From positions 96,001 through 160,000 of the forward strand of contig JBFWJS010000002.1 of assembly GCA_050253075.1 (NCBI GenBank): DNA of 64,000 nucleotides. Reading direction: 5' to 3'. A program made the position numbers and the translations under genes. This document shows positions 51,785-62,112 of this stretch, piece after piece (within the stretch, counting starts at the first letter, position 1; each line of letters opens with the position of its first letter). Under the pieces are notes generated by a model that saw only the letters and a program-made list of their open reading frames with translations, was not told the DNA's origin and ran no database searches. Source of the stretch: Deferribacterales bacterium. GTDB lineage: Bacteria; Chrysiogenota; Deferribacteres; Deferribacterales; Geovibrionaceae.

Positions 51785-51796
51785 GATCGACTCAAG
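51776..51796. promoter_or_regulatory. HAIR-like operator (HspR) upstream of htpG
   Basis: TTTGAGT-GAGATCG-ACTCAAG versus consensus CTTGAGT-N7-ACTCAAG. Confidence 0.75.
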
Positions 51797-51903
51797 TCTT
51801 GATTTTTTTGGTGAGTTATATATTATTTAAACCGTATATTTCATACATATTAATCTATTAACACAAATAACATTAAACGTTTATCAATGGAGGACAATTA
51901 GTT

Positions 51904-53781
51904 ATGTCACAGGAAAAGATGCAGTTCAAAACGGAAGTAAACAAACTTCTCGAGCTGATGATCCACTCTCTTTACTCTCATAAGGAGATATTCCTCAGAG
52001 AGCTGATATCAAACGCCTCTGACGCCATCGACAAACTCAGATTCGAGGCTATTAAAAACGATGCACTGACTGAAGGGGACGCAAACTACAAGATCAAGCT
52101 GAAAGCCGACAAGGATGCGGGAACACTCACCATATCCGACAACGGTATCGGTATGACGAAGGACGAGGCCGTCAACTCGCTCGGAACCATCGCACACTCC
52201 GGCACAAAGGAATTTATGAAGATGCTCGAGAGCAAAGAGGTAAAGGACAACCCTGAGCTGATAGGTCAGTTCGGTGTGGGATTTTACTCTGCTTTCATGG
52301 TGGCGGATAAAGTGACCGTAATATCCCGTAAAGCAGGCGAGGACAAATCTGTCGGTATCAAATGGGAATCAAATGCAGACGGCACTTTCACCATCGAACA
52401 GTGTGAAAAAGATACAAAGGGTACAGACGTAATACTCACCCTTAAAGAAGATGAAAAAGACTATCTCGAAGAGTGGGAGATCAAAGACGTAGTTAAAAAA
52501 TACTCCGACTACATCAGCTACCCTGTCGTGATGGACACCACAAAGAAAGAAGAAGACAAAGACATCATAGAGGAAGAGACCCTCAATTCCATGAAGGCAA
52601 TCTGGCTGAAAGACAAGTCCGAAGTGAAGGAAGAGGAATACAACGAATTCTACAAACACATCACACACGACTTCTCTGCCCCTATGAAGACTATACACTA
52701 CCGTGCAGAGGGAACCACAGAGTTCAGCGCACTGGTATATCTGCCGAAAAAGGCTCCGATGAACATACTGTATCAGGACTATAAATCAGGCCCTGCGCTT
52801 TATGTCCGCCGTGTGCAGATAATGGAAAACTGCGAAGAGCTCGTGCCCGTATGGCTCAGGTTCGTAAAGGGTGTGATAGACTCATCCGACCTGCCTCTGA
52901 ACGTATCCCGTGAGATACTGCAGAATAATAAGATGATAGAGATCATCCGCAAGAACATCACAAAGAAGGTTCTGGAAACTCTGAAAGATATGAAGCAGAG
53001 CGAGTATGATAAATATGTCGAGTTCTATGAAGAATTCGGACGTGTCATCAAAGAGGGCATCCACTTCGACTTCAGTAGAAAGGAAGAGATAGCAGACCTG
53101 CTCCTCGTGCAGTCCACAGCCACAGAGAACGGTAAATACACCACTCTCGCCGACTATGTTTCCCGCATGAAGACAGAGCAGAACGAGATATACTACATCA
53201 CAGGCAAAAACAGAAAAGAGATGGAAAACAGCCCATACCTCGAAGCACTGAAAGATAAAGAGTACGAAGTGCTCTTTATGACAGACGAGATAGACGACAT
53301 AATAATCTCTAGCCTGATGAAGTATGCCGACAAGCCTTTCAAATCTATCCTGAAGGGAGACATAGACCTCCGCAGTGAAGATGAAAAGAAAGAGACCGAG
53401 CAGAACTTCGGCAAGCTGACAGACAAGATAAAGTCCATACTCGGCGAAAAGGTCACAGAGGTACGCCTCAGTGCGAGGCTGAAAAATTCTCCGTGTGTAC
53501 TCGTTTCCGGCGACGGCGATATGGACATGCAGATGGAGATGATGATGAAGGCTATGGGACAGCCTATCCCGCCGAGACAAAAGATACTCGAGCTGAACCC
53601 CGCACACGAGCTGGTGGAAGCGCTGAACAAAGAGTTCGACGCTAATGCCGACAGCCAGAAAGTTGCGGACATAGGCGAGCTGTTATACAATCAGGCGCTC
53701 ATCCTCGAAGGCTCCATGCCCGAAGATGCGAACCGCTTCACACAGCTCCTTACAAAGGTAATGACAGAAAACGTAAAGTAA
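51904..53781 (+). CDS. htpG: Chaperone HtpG (Hsp90)
   Basis: YSHKEIFLRELISNASDA, IGQFGVGFYS, DLPLNVSRE. Confidence 0.97.
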   Translation: MSQEKMQFKTEVNKLLELMIHSLYSHKEIFLRELISNASDAIDKLRFEAIKNDALTEGDANYKIKLKADKDAGTLTISDNGIGMTKDEAVNSLGTIAHSGTKEFMKMLESKEVKDNPELIGQFGVGFYSAFMVADKVTVISRKAGEDKSVGIKWESNADGTFTIEQCEKDTKGTDVILTLKEDEKDYLEEWEIKDVVKKYSDYISYPVVMDTTKKEEDKDIIEEETLNSMKAIWLKDKSEVKEEEYNEFYKHITHDFSAPMKTIHYRAEGTTEFSALVYLPKKAPMNILYQDYKSGPALYVRRVQIMENCEELVPVWLRFVKGVIDSSDLPLNVSREILQNNKMIEIIRKNITKKVLETLKDMKQSEYDKYVEFYEEFGRVIKEGIHFDFSRKEEIADLLLVQSTATENGKYTTLADYVSRMKTEQNEIYYITGKNRKEMENSPYLEALKDKEYEVLFMTDEIDDIIISSLMKYADKPFKSILKGDIDLRSEDEKKETEQNFGKLTDKIKSILGEKVTEVRLSARLKNSPCVLVSGDGDMDMQMEMMMKAMGQPIPPRQKILELNPAHELVEALNKEFDANADSQKVADIGELLYNQALILEGSMPEDANRFTQLLTKVMTENVK

Positions 53782-53830
53782 CATAAGGGCGGCTTCGGCC
53801 GCCTTTTTTATTTCGAAAAGATTTTTCCTT

Positions 53831-54061
53831 GTCATTCTGAGCAGAACGAAGAATCTGATACCATTAGAGAATCTGCGTGTTCAGATCCTTCGGCTAAAGC
53901 CTCAGGATGACGAAAAAGATTTTACCTTGTCATTCTGAGCCTGTTTACAGACGTAAGAATCTCAGGCTATAGCCAATTAACCATTTAAAATCACCGTGAC
54001 CATAAGACTCAAATAACCAGCGGTTTGAGACTCTGACGGTCGCAAGCTCCCTCAGAGTGAC
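53831..54061. repeat. Two adjacent REP-like palindromic elements
   Basis: 53831-53911 and 53929-54061, both GTCATTCTGAGC...CTCAG(G/A)(A/G)TGAC. Confidence 0.75.
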
Positions 54062-54249
54062 AGTTACCTTTTATAATCTGAAATATTTTTCGTAGCAACA
54101 CGTCTTTTAAGTCCCTTGGGCTTCGGCCGCCTTTTTTATTTCTCCATATTCACAGCTAAAGCTATCTACCTGACACACAAACACATTTACATACAGCAAA
54201 AAAGTTTACATGCAAATTTCCACTTGATTTACATAATAATTATCTTATA

Positions 54250-54269
54250 CTGACTGAGTACTCAGTCAG
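54250..54269. promoter_or_regulatory. Probable TetR operator
   Basis: Perfect palindrome CTGACTGAGTACTCAGTCAG abutting the RBS. Confidence 0.8.
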
Positions 54270-54277
54270 GAGGCGAA

Positions 54278-54856
54278 ATGACGAAAAAGAAAAAGATATT
54301 GAGAGAGGCAGCAAGGCTTTTTGCCGAAAAAGGCTTTAACTCCACCACTACGGCGGAGATAGCCGAAGCGGCAGAAACCGCACACGGCACGATCTTTTAT
54401 CATTATCAAAGCAAATTTGACATGATCAAAAGCATATACGACGACCTTGTGGTTGAGTTCTGGGAAAATCTGAACAGCGCCATATCAGACGAAAGAAACG
54501 GACTGGAAAATGTGAAATCCCTCCTGAAAAATGCGCTGAAATTCGCAGAAGAGCATAAGAATGAAAATACTGTGCTCCACAGAGACCTTCCACAGCATAT
54601 CCTCCACGACAAAGAGTGGCTGGAAACTATATCTGAAAATAATAGGAAGATAATAGAAACCATGAAAAACGTAATCGAAAACGGCATCGAAGACGGCTCC
54701 ATCAGAAAAGAGGTCAACTCTGAGCAATACGCAACACTCATGCGTGCTATGGTCATCGGCGTTATCAAAATGAAATACGCCAAATCCTTTGAAGTAGATG
54801 TGACGACAGAGTCCATACAGGATTTCTGCGTGAATGCACTGGAGAAGAAAGACTGA
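54278..54856 (+). CDS. TetR/AcrR family regulator
   Basis: A..LF.EKGF..TT..EIA..A..G.IFYHY.SK. Confidence 0.93.
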   Translation: MTKKKKILREAARLFAEKGFNSTTTAEIAEAAETAHGTIFYHYQSKFDMIKSIYDDLVVEFWENLNSAISDERNGLENVKSLLKNALKFAEEHKNENTVLHRDLPQHILHDKEWLETISENNRKIIETMKNVIENGIEDGSIRKEVNSEQYATLMRAMVIGVIKMKYAKSFEVDVTTESIQDFCVNALEKKD

Positions 54857-54857
54857 T

Positions 54858-56336
54858 ATGAAGAAATATATATTACCGCTGATGCTGCTCCCTTTCGTAG
54901 CGGGCGCACAGCCGCTCAGCCTTAAAGACGCCGTGTCCATAGGGCTTAAGAACAGCTTCGATATACAGAGCGAAAAAGTGCTCATAGAAGTTCGTAAAGA
55001 ACAGATAACACAGGAAGATGCAAAATTCGACCCCATCGTAACGGCAAATGCAGGGGCGAAATTCTCCGACATGCCTACGGCATATGCACCTTATAACACA
55101 GACTATCTGAGGGAAAAGACCTATTCCGCATCCGCATGGATAAGCAAGCTGCACCATGCGGGCTTCACTGGCGCATTCTCTCTTAGCAGCAGACGTCTGG
55201 ACACAAACAACCCTTATGAAAACCTCGATCCGTCATATAAAACCGTACTGCGGATGGACCTCACCCTGCCGATACTCAAAAACTTCGGCAAGGATATCAA
55301 TGCCACAGGGCTGAAACAGAGAGAGATAGCCATGCAGCAGGCAAGGCTCGACCTGTACTCTAAGATGGTCGGCAAAACCGCAGAGATAGAGACGGCATAC
55401 CGTAATCTCGCACGCACCACAGAGGTGCTGAAGCTGAATATCAGAGCTAGAGAGCTCGCAAGCGAACTGCTGGAATCCGACAGGAAACGCTTCAATGCGG
55501 GGATAGTGCCCATCACAGAGGTACAGGAGGCAGAGGCAGCCGTAGCCGTCCGTGACGAGCAGGTCGTGCTGGCTAAAACAGGCGTCGCCGACGCTATGAA
55601 CAAGCTGAACAGCCTGCTGAACCCTATGGAATATTATGACGAGCTAACCACTGAGCCGCTAGCGAAAAACTGGATAGAGGTCAGCACGGGCGAAGAATAC
55701 GAAACCGCCCTAAAAGCCAGACCTGACATAGAAAATATGCGTGCGGAGCTTGCAAAACAGGATCTGACCATCAAATACCTGAAAAATCAGGAGCTCCCTG
55801 AACTGGATGTGGTGAACACCCTCGGAGTAATCGGGCTCTCGGGCAGTGAGCGCACAGACAACCATTTCGAAGGCAATTATGCCGACTCTCTATACGACAT
55901 GTCGGACGCTGAGGGATATGAAGCGTACATCGGGCTTTCGTTTAAATACCCTCTGGGACAGCGAGCTTCAAAGGCTCAGACCGCAGCCGCAAACAGCGAA
56001 AAGAGACGTGCGGTATATCGACTTAAAAATAGTGAAGTTTTAATCAAAAAAGAGATACATGATGCGGCGACAATCATAACAAACAGCAAGGAAAGATATG
56101 AAATATCGCTGACATCAATAAGACTTGCCGAAACGACTCTGGAACAGGAGATGAAAAAGCTGAAAGAAGGACTTTCAGACACCTTCAGAATACTGAAATT
56201 CCAGAATGACGTAATCTCGGCAAAGATACGTTCCGTAAATGCTTTATATGATTATAACAGAGGTATTGCCATGCTGTATAAGGCAGACGGCACAAACCTC
56301 GACAGACTTGGTTTTAAAATAGGAGAAAATGATTAA
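54858..56336 (+). CDS. TolC-family outer membrane efflux protein
   Basis: Signal peptide, LSL.DAV..GL.N, two OEP repeats. Confidence 0.88.
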   Translation: MKKYILPLMLLPFVAGAQPLSLKDAVSIGLKNSFDIQSEKVLIEVRKEQITQEDAKFDPIVTANAGAKFSDMPTAYAPYNTDYLREKTYSASAWISKLHHAGFTGAFSLSSRRLDTNNPYENLDPSYKTVLRMDLTLPILKNFGKDINATGLKQREIAMQQARLDLYSKMVGKTAEIETAYRNLARTTEVLKLNIRARELASELLESDRKRFNAGIVPITEVQEAEAAVAVRDEQVVLAKTGVADAMNKLNSLLNPMEYYDELTTEPLAKNWIEVSTGEEYETALKARPDIENMRAELAKQDLTIKYLKNQELPELDVVNTLGVIGLSGSERTDNHFEGNYADSLYDMSDAEGYEAYIGLSFKYPLGQRASKAQTAAANSEKRRAVYRLKNSEVLIKKEIHDAATIITNSKERYEISLTSIRLAETTLEQEMKKLKEGLSDTFRILKFQNDVISAKIRSVNALYDYNRGIAMLYKADGTNLDRLGFKIGEND

Positions 56337-57409
56337 TGGAAGCCAAAGAATATTCCGAAAAACTGGATAAAAGCATAAATTCTAAAGCGAAAACGAAAAA
56401 AATGGGGATATATGCAGTTTTCCTTATCTTAGTGATAGCGTCTGCCGTATATTTCACACCGAAGGTCATCTTCGCTCTTAATCACGAAACAACGGACAAT
56501 GCCTTTGTAAAGGGATCCGTGATCCCCGTCTCTGCTATGGTTAAGGGGCGCATAAGCACTGTCTATATAGAAGACAACATGACAGTGGCAAAAGGCGACA
56601 AGCTCTTTGAGCTGGAAAAAGACGAATACATCATCGCTCTTGATAAGGCACAGCAGGAACTCGAAGCGGCTCTGGCGCAGATAGTAAAGATAGACGCAGC
56701 CATAGCCCAGACAGGTAAAAGCATAGAGCAGTCCCAGTCTCTGCTGAATAAGGTGAAGACCGAAGAGAACTTCGCCGTGAAAGAACAGCAGAGGTATTCA
56801 AAACTAGCCGAAGAGAACCTCGTCTCCAGCAACTATTACGACAGCATAAAGGCGAAAGCCGACGAGATAAACGCACAGAAAAAAGCATCAGAAGTATCTG
56901 TTGAAATGGCTGAATCTGCACTGAAAACCAATCAGGCAGAGCGTAAAATGGCAGAATTCAAAGCTGAATCCGCCAGACAGGCAGTGAAACAGGCAGAACT
57001 GAACCTCAACAGGACAACAGTCTATGCACCGGCTGACGGCAGGATAGGACAAAACAACGTGAAAGAAGGCAGATATGTTCAGCCCGGGCAGAGCGTCATA
57101 ATGCTCGTGAACGACACAGACCTGTGGATAGAGGCAAACTATAAAGAAACCCAGATGGAAAACATACGTGTGGGTCAGAGCGTTGAGATAAAGGTAGACG
57201 CATTCCCAAACTCTAAGATAACAGGACACGTAGAGAGCATACAGCCGGGTACCGGTTCGGCTTTCAGCCTGCTCCCCGCGGAGAACGCCACAGGCAACTT
57301 TGTAAAGGTTGTACAGCGTGTGCCCGTGAAGATACTGGTGGACGGCATAGAGGGCGATACGCTCCTTGTACCGGGGCTTTCTGTCGAGCCGAGCATCAAA
57401 GTTAAATAA
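56336..57409 (+). CDS. emrA: HlyD/EmrA-type membrane fusion protein
   Basis: TDNAFV, ANYKETQ, FSLLPAENATGNFVKVVQRVPVKI. Confidence 0.9.
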   Translation: MEAKEYSEKLDKSINSKAKTKKMGIYAVFLILVIASAVYFTPKVIFALNHETTDNAFVKGSVIPVSAMVKGRISTVYIEDNMTVAKGDKLFELEKDEYIIALDKAQQELEAALAQIVKIDAAIAQTGKSIEQSQSLLNKVKTEENFAVKEQQRYSKLAEENLVSSNYYDSIKAKADEINAQKKASEVSVEMAESALKTNQAERKMAEFKAESARQAVKQAELNLNRTTVYAPADGRIGQNNVKEGRYVQPGQSVIMLVNDTDLWIEANYKETQMENIRVGQSVEIKVDAFPNSKITGHVESIQPGTGSAFSLLPAENATGNFVKVVQRVPVKILVDGIEGDTLLVPGLSVEPSIKVK

Positions 57410-57411
57410 GT

Positions 57412-58923
57412 ATGAAAACACCTAATACACTGATGATAACATTCACGGTGATGACGGGGGCTGTAATGAGCGCCCTCGACACCAGCATCGTGAATGTCGC
57501 CCTCCCCTATATGCGCGGGTCGATGAGCTCCACTGTCGAGGAGATAGCATGGGTTTCCACGTCATATATCCTCGCAAACGTTATCATCATGCCCATCGTC
57601 GGACTTTTGAGCTCCCGATTCGGGCGGAAGAACTTTTATATGTACAGCGTGGCGATCTTCACCCTGACGTCACTGCTCTGCGGTATAGCATGGGATCTGA
57701 ACTCCATGATATTCTTCAGAGTGCTGCAGGGTATCGGCGGCGGCGCACTCATCCCTATATCACAGGCGATACTTAGGGAATCTTACCCCCCTGATAAACA
57801 AGGGGTGGCGATGGGCATATTCGGCCTAGGGGTCGTTATGGGCCCTGCTTTCGGTCCGACCCTCGGCGGATGGCTCACAGACCACTTCTCATGGCCGTGG
57901 ATATTTTATATCAACCTTCCCGTGGGTATACTGAACCTCTTCCTGACCATGCGCTTTATCGAAGATCCTTCGTATATGCAGCGTAAGAAAGAGCGCTGGG
58001 ACGTGCCCGGGCTTATGCTTCTGGTGATCGGACTCGGCTCGCTTCAGCTCATGCTGGAGGAAGGACAGTCTAAGGACTGGTTCGCATCAAACTATATAAC
58101 AATACTCGCAGTGACAGCAGCCATAGGCTCAGCGCTCTTCGTATGGAGAGAGCTGGTGGCGGAAAAGCCTGCTGTAAACCTGCGTCTGCTGAAAAATATT
58201 ACATTCGCATCAGGCACGATGATTGGCGGTGTTCTGGGGATATCCCTCTTTGCTTCGCTTTTCCTCCTGCCATTGTTCCTGCAGCAGCTTCTGGGATATC
58301 CGGCTTTTGACTCAGGGATAACAATGATGCCCCGAAGCCTTGCGATGGCTATCACCATGCCCATAGTCGGACGTATGTATAACAAGCTCGGGCCGAAGTT
58401 TCTCATCGGTGCGGGGCTTCTGATCAACGCATTCAGCTTTTGGGAGCTTTCCGTGATATCGCTGGATGTGGGATTCTGGGATATCTTTTACCCGCAGGTT
58501 TGGCAGGGGATAGGATTCGGGCTGATATTTGTCGCCCTCTCCACCGTCACCCTTTCCACAGTGGATAAGGCGAACATGACAGATGCATCGGGGCTGTATA
58601 ACGTCGTGAGACAGGTTTTCGGCTCTGTGGGCATAGCACTTTCGGCCACTTTCCTCACTAGGGACGAGACAATATTCCACAGCTATCTGACCGAAAAGGT
58701 GACATCAGTCAGCGACTCGGCAACCATGTGGCTCGGCTCGCTTCAGTCTTACTTCTTTAATCAGGGGTTCGACAATGAGACTGCATCGGCAATGAGTATG
58801 CGCATGGTGGAGGGACTCATTACAAAGCACGGGGCAATGATGGCTTTCAACCACGTATTCTTCATGGTGTCTGTCCTGTTCATCATCAGCTTCCCTATGA
58901 TATTCCTGCTTAGAAAAAATTAA
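57412..58923 (+). CDS. emrB: DHA2 MFS efflux permease (EmrB/QacA)
   Basis: LDTSIVNVALP, GPAFGPTLGG, WPWIFYINLP. Confidence 0.92.
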   Translation: MKTPNTLMITFTVMTGAVMSALDTSIVNVALPYMRGSMSSTVEEIAWVSTSYILANVIIMPIVGLLSSRFGRKNFYMYSVAIFTLTSLLCGIAWDLNSMIFFRVLQGIGGGALIPISQAILRESYPPDKQGVAMGIFGLGVVMGPAFGPTLGGWLTDHFSWPWIFYINLPVGILNLFLTMRFIEDPSYMQRKKERWDVPGLMLLVIGLGSLQLMLEEGQSKDWFASNYITILAVTAAIGSALFVWRELVAEKPAVNLRLLKNITFASGTMIGGVLGISLFASLFLLPLFLQQLLGYPAFDSGITMMPRSLAMAITMPIVGRMYNKLGPKFLIGAGLLINAFSFWELSVISLDVGFWDIFYPQVWQGIGFGLIFVALSTVTLSTVDKANMTDASGLYNVVRQVFGSVGIALSATFLTRDETIFHSYLTEKVTSVSDSATMWLGSLQSYFFNQGFDNETASAMSMRMVEGLITKHGAMMAFNHVFFMVSVLFIISFPMIFLLRKN

Positions 58924-59274
58924 AAAGAGGGGAGCTGCAAGGCTCCCTCTCGTTTTTTTAAAACTAGTAACAGCAATAACTTATAGATAAAGTACGAAAT
59001 CCGCTAAAAATAATTCTTGCTAATTTTTAGATAAACCATATAGTTATTTCAGTCATTCAATAGTGATAAAAGTTTAGAGTGTTGTTACTAAATTAAATTG
59101 GATTTCGAATCATATCCGGCAGTTTACAAGCATATCTATTGAAGTTTTCAATCATAGGCCGCCTAAATTTGTTTCCGAGAATGCTTCAGCGAGGTTAAAA
59201 CCTCTTCAACTAGTTTGTACAAATTACTAACTCAATCAGATCTGTTTTGACAAAAAAATTTATGGAGCATAATT

Positions 59275-59598
59275 ATGAACATTTATGTAGGTAACCTGAG
59301 CTTCTCAACAAAAGAAGACGACATTTTAGCACTTTTCAGCAACATCGGTGATGTAGACACAGCAAGAATCATCACAGACAGAGACACAGGCCGTTCTAAA
59401 GGATTCGGTTTCGTAGAAATGCCTAACAACGACCAAGCTAAAGAAGCTATCGAAAAACTTAACGGTACAGAGCTCGACGGCAGAAACCTCACAGTAAACG
59501 AGGCTAAACCTAAAAGCGAAGGCAACAGCCGTGGCGGATTCGGCGGCGGACGTGGCGGTAACGGCGGTTTCGGCGGTCGTGGCGGCAAAAGATACTAA
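59275..59598 (+). CDS. RRM RNA-binding protein with Gly/Arg-rich tail
   Basis: IYVGNL (RNP2), KGFGFVEM (RNP1), RGG tail. Confidence 0.95.
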   Translation: MNIYVGNLSFSTKEDDILALFSNIGDVDTARIITDRDTGRSKGFGFVEMPNNDQAKEAIEKLNGTELDGRNLTVNEAKPKSEGNSRGGFGGGRGGNGGFGGRGGKRY

Positions 59599-59756
59599 TC
59601 TTTTGATCACTAATCAAAGAATATAAAAACAAGCCGGGCAGCAATGTCCGGCTTTTTTGTTGTCTATATCCCCTCTTATCTCATCATTTATCATCAGTTT
59701 CACATAGGCATTGACCATAAGACTGTGTTAATATTAATGATTATGAAGAGGTAGAC

Positions 59757-61151
59757 ATGAGCGATATGGATTGGAAAAAACTGCTGACGTATTCCCCCTT
59801 CACCCCCGAGGGTGAGATCATCAAGCGTGACCTTGACTTCAACAGGACACAGTTTCAGACAGACTACGACAGGATCACATTTTCCCAAGAATTCCGCAGA
59901 CTTGATAAAAAGACTCAGGTTCACCCGCTCAAAAGCAACGACCATGTACATGCGAGACTCTCACACAGCCTCGAGACATCATGCGTGGGGCGTTCCCTCG
60001 GTGCTATCGCAGGCACATTTCTCAAAGATATCGAAGACTTTCACCCCTACTCTGACCAGATATCAAACAAGAAGAACAGCGACATACTTATGCCCATATT
60101 CTTAGGGCAGATAGTGCAGACGGCATGTCTGGCGCATGATATAGGCAACCCGCCATTCGGGCACGCAGGTGAAGGGCACATACAGGACTGGTTCAAAGAA
60201 AACAAAGACTCCGCACTTCTGTGTGATCTGAATAAAGATGAATTTGACGATTTCGCTAACTTTGAAGGGAATGCACAGGCATTCCGCATACTCACCAAGA
60301 CCAGCATGAGGGTCGGTCAGGGCGGGATGGGGATATCCTATGCCGTGCTCGGCACTATGATGAAGTACCCGTGGGTATATTCCGACAAACTGCCTAAGGC
60401 GAAATTCTCCAGTTTTGACAGTGAGAAAGATTATCTGAAGCATGTGGCTGAAGCATGCGGGCTGCTTAAAAGCGACTTCTCCGAAGACGGCTACAGCTTT
60501 GTAAGGCATCCTCTGGCATACCTGTCTGAGGCTTCCGACGATATATGTTACAACATCATAGACTTAGAAGATGCTTACGAACTGGGCATTCTCGACTATA
60601 AGACGGTTTATGATGTATTCATAGAGTTCTGCAAATGCGGCAATGACAAATTTGAATGCATACGATACGAATCGGCGGAAAATAAGCAGAACAACCTTGC
60701 CCACCTTAGAGCAATTGCCATAAATTCCTGCATAAACTCTGTCATCGAAGAGTTTAAAAAGAATTACGAAGACATAATAAGAGGGAAGAAAGATATAGGT
60801 TACTCTCTGACCGGCGAATGCAGTGTGAGAGAGATAATGGAAAAAGCCAAAGGCATCTCTAAAACGAGGGTTTTCACCTCTGCAAAGAAAGCCGATCTGG
60901 AACATCAGGCGAAGAATGTCTTATGCTTCCTGCTGGACAGCTTCATCGGCACTGTGCACAGCATGCACACCATCGGACGGGAAAACATGTCTGTATTTCA
61001 CAGACAGCTTCTGGATATGATGGGGAACAACAAGCCCAAAGCTGAAGATTCGCTTTATAACAAATACCAGAAAGTGCTGGACTATATATCCGGCATGACA
61101 GACAACTATGCCATGAAAGTATCAAAACTCATAAACGAGATCAAATACTGA
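59757..61151 (+). CDS. dgt: dGTP triphosphohydrolase
   Basis: FRRL..KTQV, RL.HSLE, HDIGNPPFGHAGE, FEGNAQ, DYISGMTD. Confidence 0.92.
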   Translation: MSDMDWKKLLTYSPFTPEGEIIKRDLDFNRTQFQTDYDRITFSQEFRRLDKKTQVHPLKSNDHVHARLSHSLETSCVGRSLGAIAGTFLKDIEDFHPYSDQISNKKNSDILMPIFLGQIVQTACLAHDIGNPPFGHAGEGHIQDWFKENKDSALLCDLNKDEFDDFANFEGNAQAFRILTKTSMRVGQGGMGISYAVLGTMMKYPWVYSDKLPKAKFSSFDSEKDYLKHVAEACGLLKSDFSEDGYSFVRHPLAYLSEASDDICYNIIDLEDAYELGILDYKTVYDVFIEFCKCGNDKFECIRYESAENKQNNLAHLRAIAINSCINSVIEEFKKNYEDIIRGKKDIGYSLTGECSVREIMEKAKGISKTRVFTSAKKADLEHQAKNVLCFLLDSFIGTVHSMHTIGRENMSVFHRQLLDMMGNNKPKAEDSLYNKYQKVLDYISGMTDNYAMKVSKLINEIKY

Positions 61152-61165
61152 TATATATCACAAAT

Positions 61166-61283
61166 GTCATCCTGAGCCTGTACTCAGGCGTAAGGATCTC
61201 GGCTTTAAGCTGGTTGATAACATCAAGATAAGTCAATCGGCCACAGTCTTAGATTCTCACGTCACTCCGTTCCTCAGAATGAC
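61166..61283. repeat. REP-like palindromic element
   Basis: GTCATCCTGAG...CTCAGAATGAC after the dgt stop. Confidence 0.72.
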
Positions 61284-61404
61284 AATTATCAGCTTCCTGA
61301 AACAAAAAATCCCCAATCTTTTGTCAAGACCGGGGATTTATTATATAAATTTTGGGAACAGCCTGAAGCATGTCCCGTGTTTCTGTAAAAAAGATTATAA
61401 CGGA

Positions 61405-62112
61405 TCAGATACCGAGGTAAGCCTTCTTAACTTCCTCATTCACCAAGAGATTATCCGCATTATCTTCGAGAGTTATGTGACCGTTCTCCATTACATAGCC
61501 TCTGTCGGCTACTTTCAGAGCGAGGTTCGCATTCTGCTCTACGAGGAATATCGTCGTCTTGTCCTCTTTGTTTATCAGCTTGATGATGTCGAATATCTGC
61601 TTCACGATGATAGGAGCGAGACCGAGTGAAGGTTCGTCCAGAAGGAGCAGCTTCGGCTTTGCCATCAGAGCACGGGAGATAGCGAGCATCTGCTGCTCAC
61701 CGCCCGAGAGTGTTCCGCCCTGCTGGTTGCGTCTCTCATGGAGACGCGGGAACAGGCTGAAAACATGGTCGAGGTCTTTCTTTATCGCTGCCTTATCCTT
61801 ACGCAGGAAGGCGCCGAGGTCGAGATTTTCCATAACTGTGAGGTAAGGGAAAATGTGACGGCCTTCGGGAACGTGTATCAGACCCATCTTAACTATGTCT
61901 TCGGGGTTCTTATTCACGAGGCTCTCGCCGAGGAATGTGATGTCCCCTCTTTTTGGTGTGACAACATTGCTCATAGACATAAGGGTGGTCGTCTTACCTG
62001 CGCCGTTAGCACCGATAAGGGTGATGATCTCCCCCTCTTTCACACTGATGGAAACATCGTGCAGAGCCTGTATGTTGCCGTAATATGTATCTATATTTTT
62101 AATCTCAAGCAT
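61405..62112 (-). CDS. livF: Branched-chain amino acid ABC transporter ATPase
   Basis: GANGAGKTT, LSGGEQQMLAI, LDEPSLGLAP. Confidence 0.95.
   Translation of the reverse strand: MLEIKNIDTYYGNIQALHDVSISVKEGEIITLIGANGAGKTTTLMSMSNVVTPKRGDITFLGESLVNKNPEDIVKMGLIHVPEGRHIFPYLTVMENLDLGAFLRKDKAAIKKDLDHVFSLFPRLHERRNQQGGTLSGGEQQMLAISRALMAKPKLLLLDEPSLGLAPIIVKQIFDIIKLINKEDKTTIFLVEQNANLALKVADRGYVMENGHITLEDNADNLLVNEEVKKAYLGI

Noticed and set aside
59757..61151. dGTPase as an antiphage system
   Set aside because: Housekeeping neighbourhood and no defence or mobile context; cannot be distinguished from ordinary dgt.
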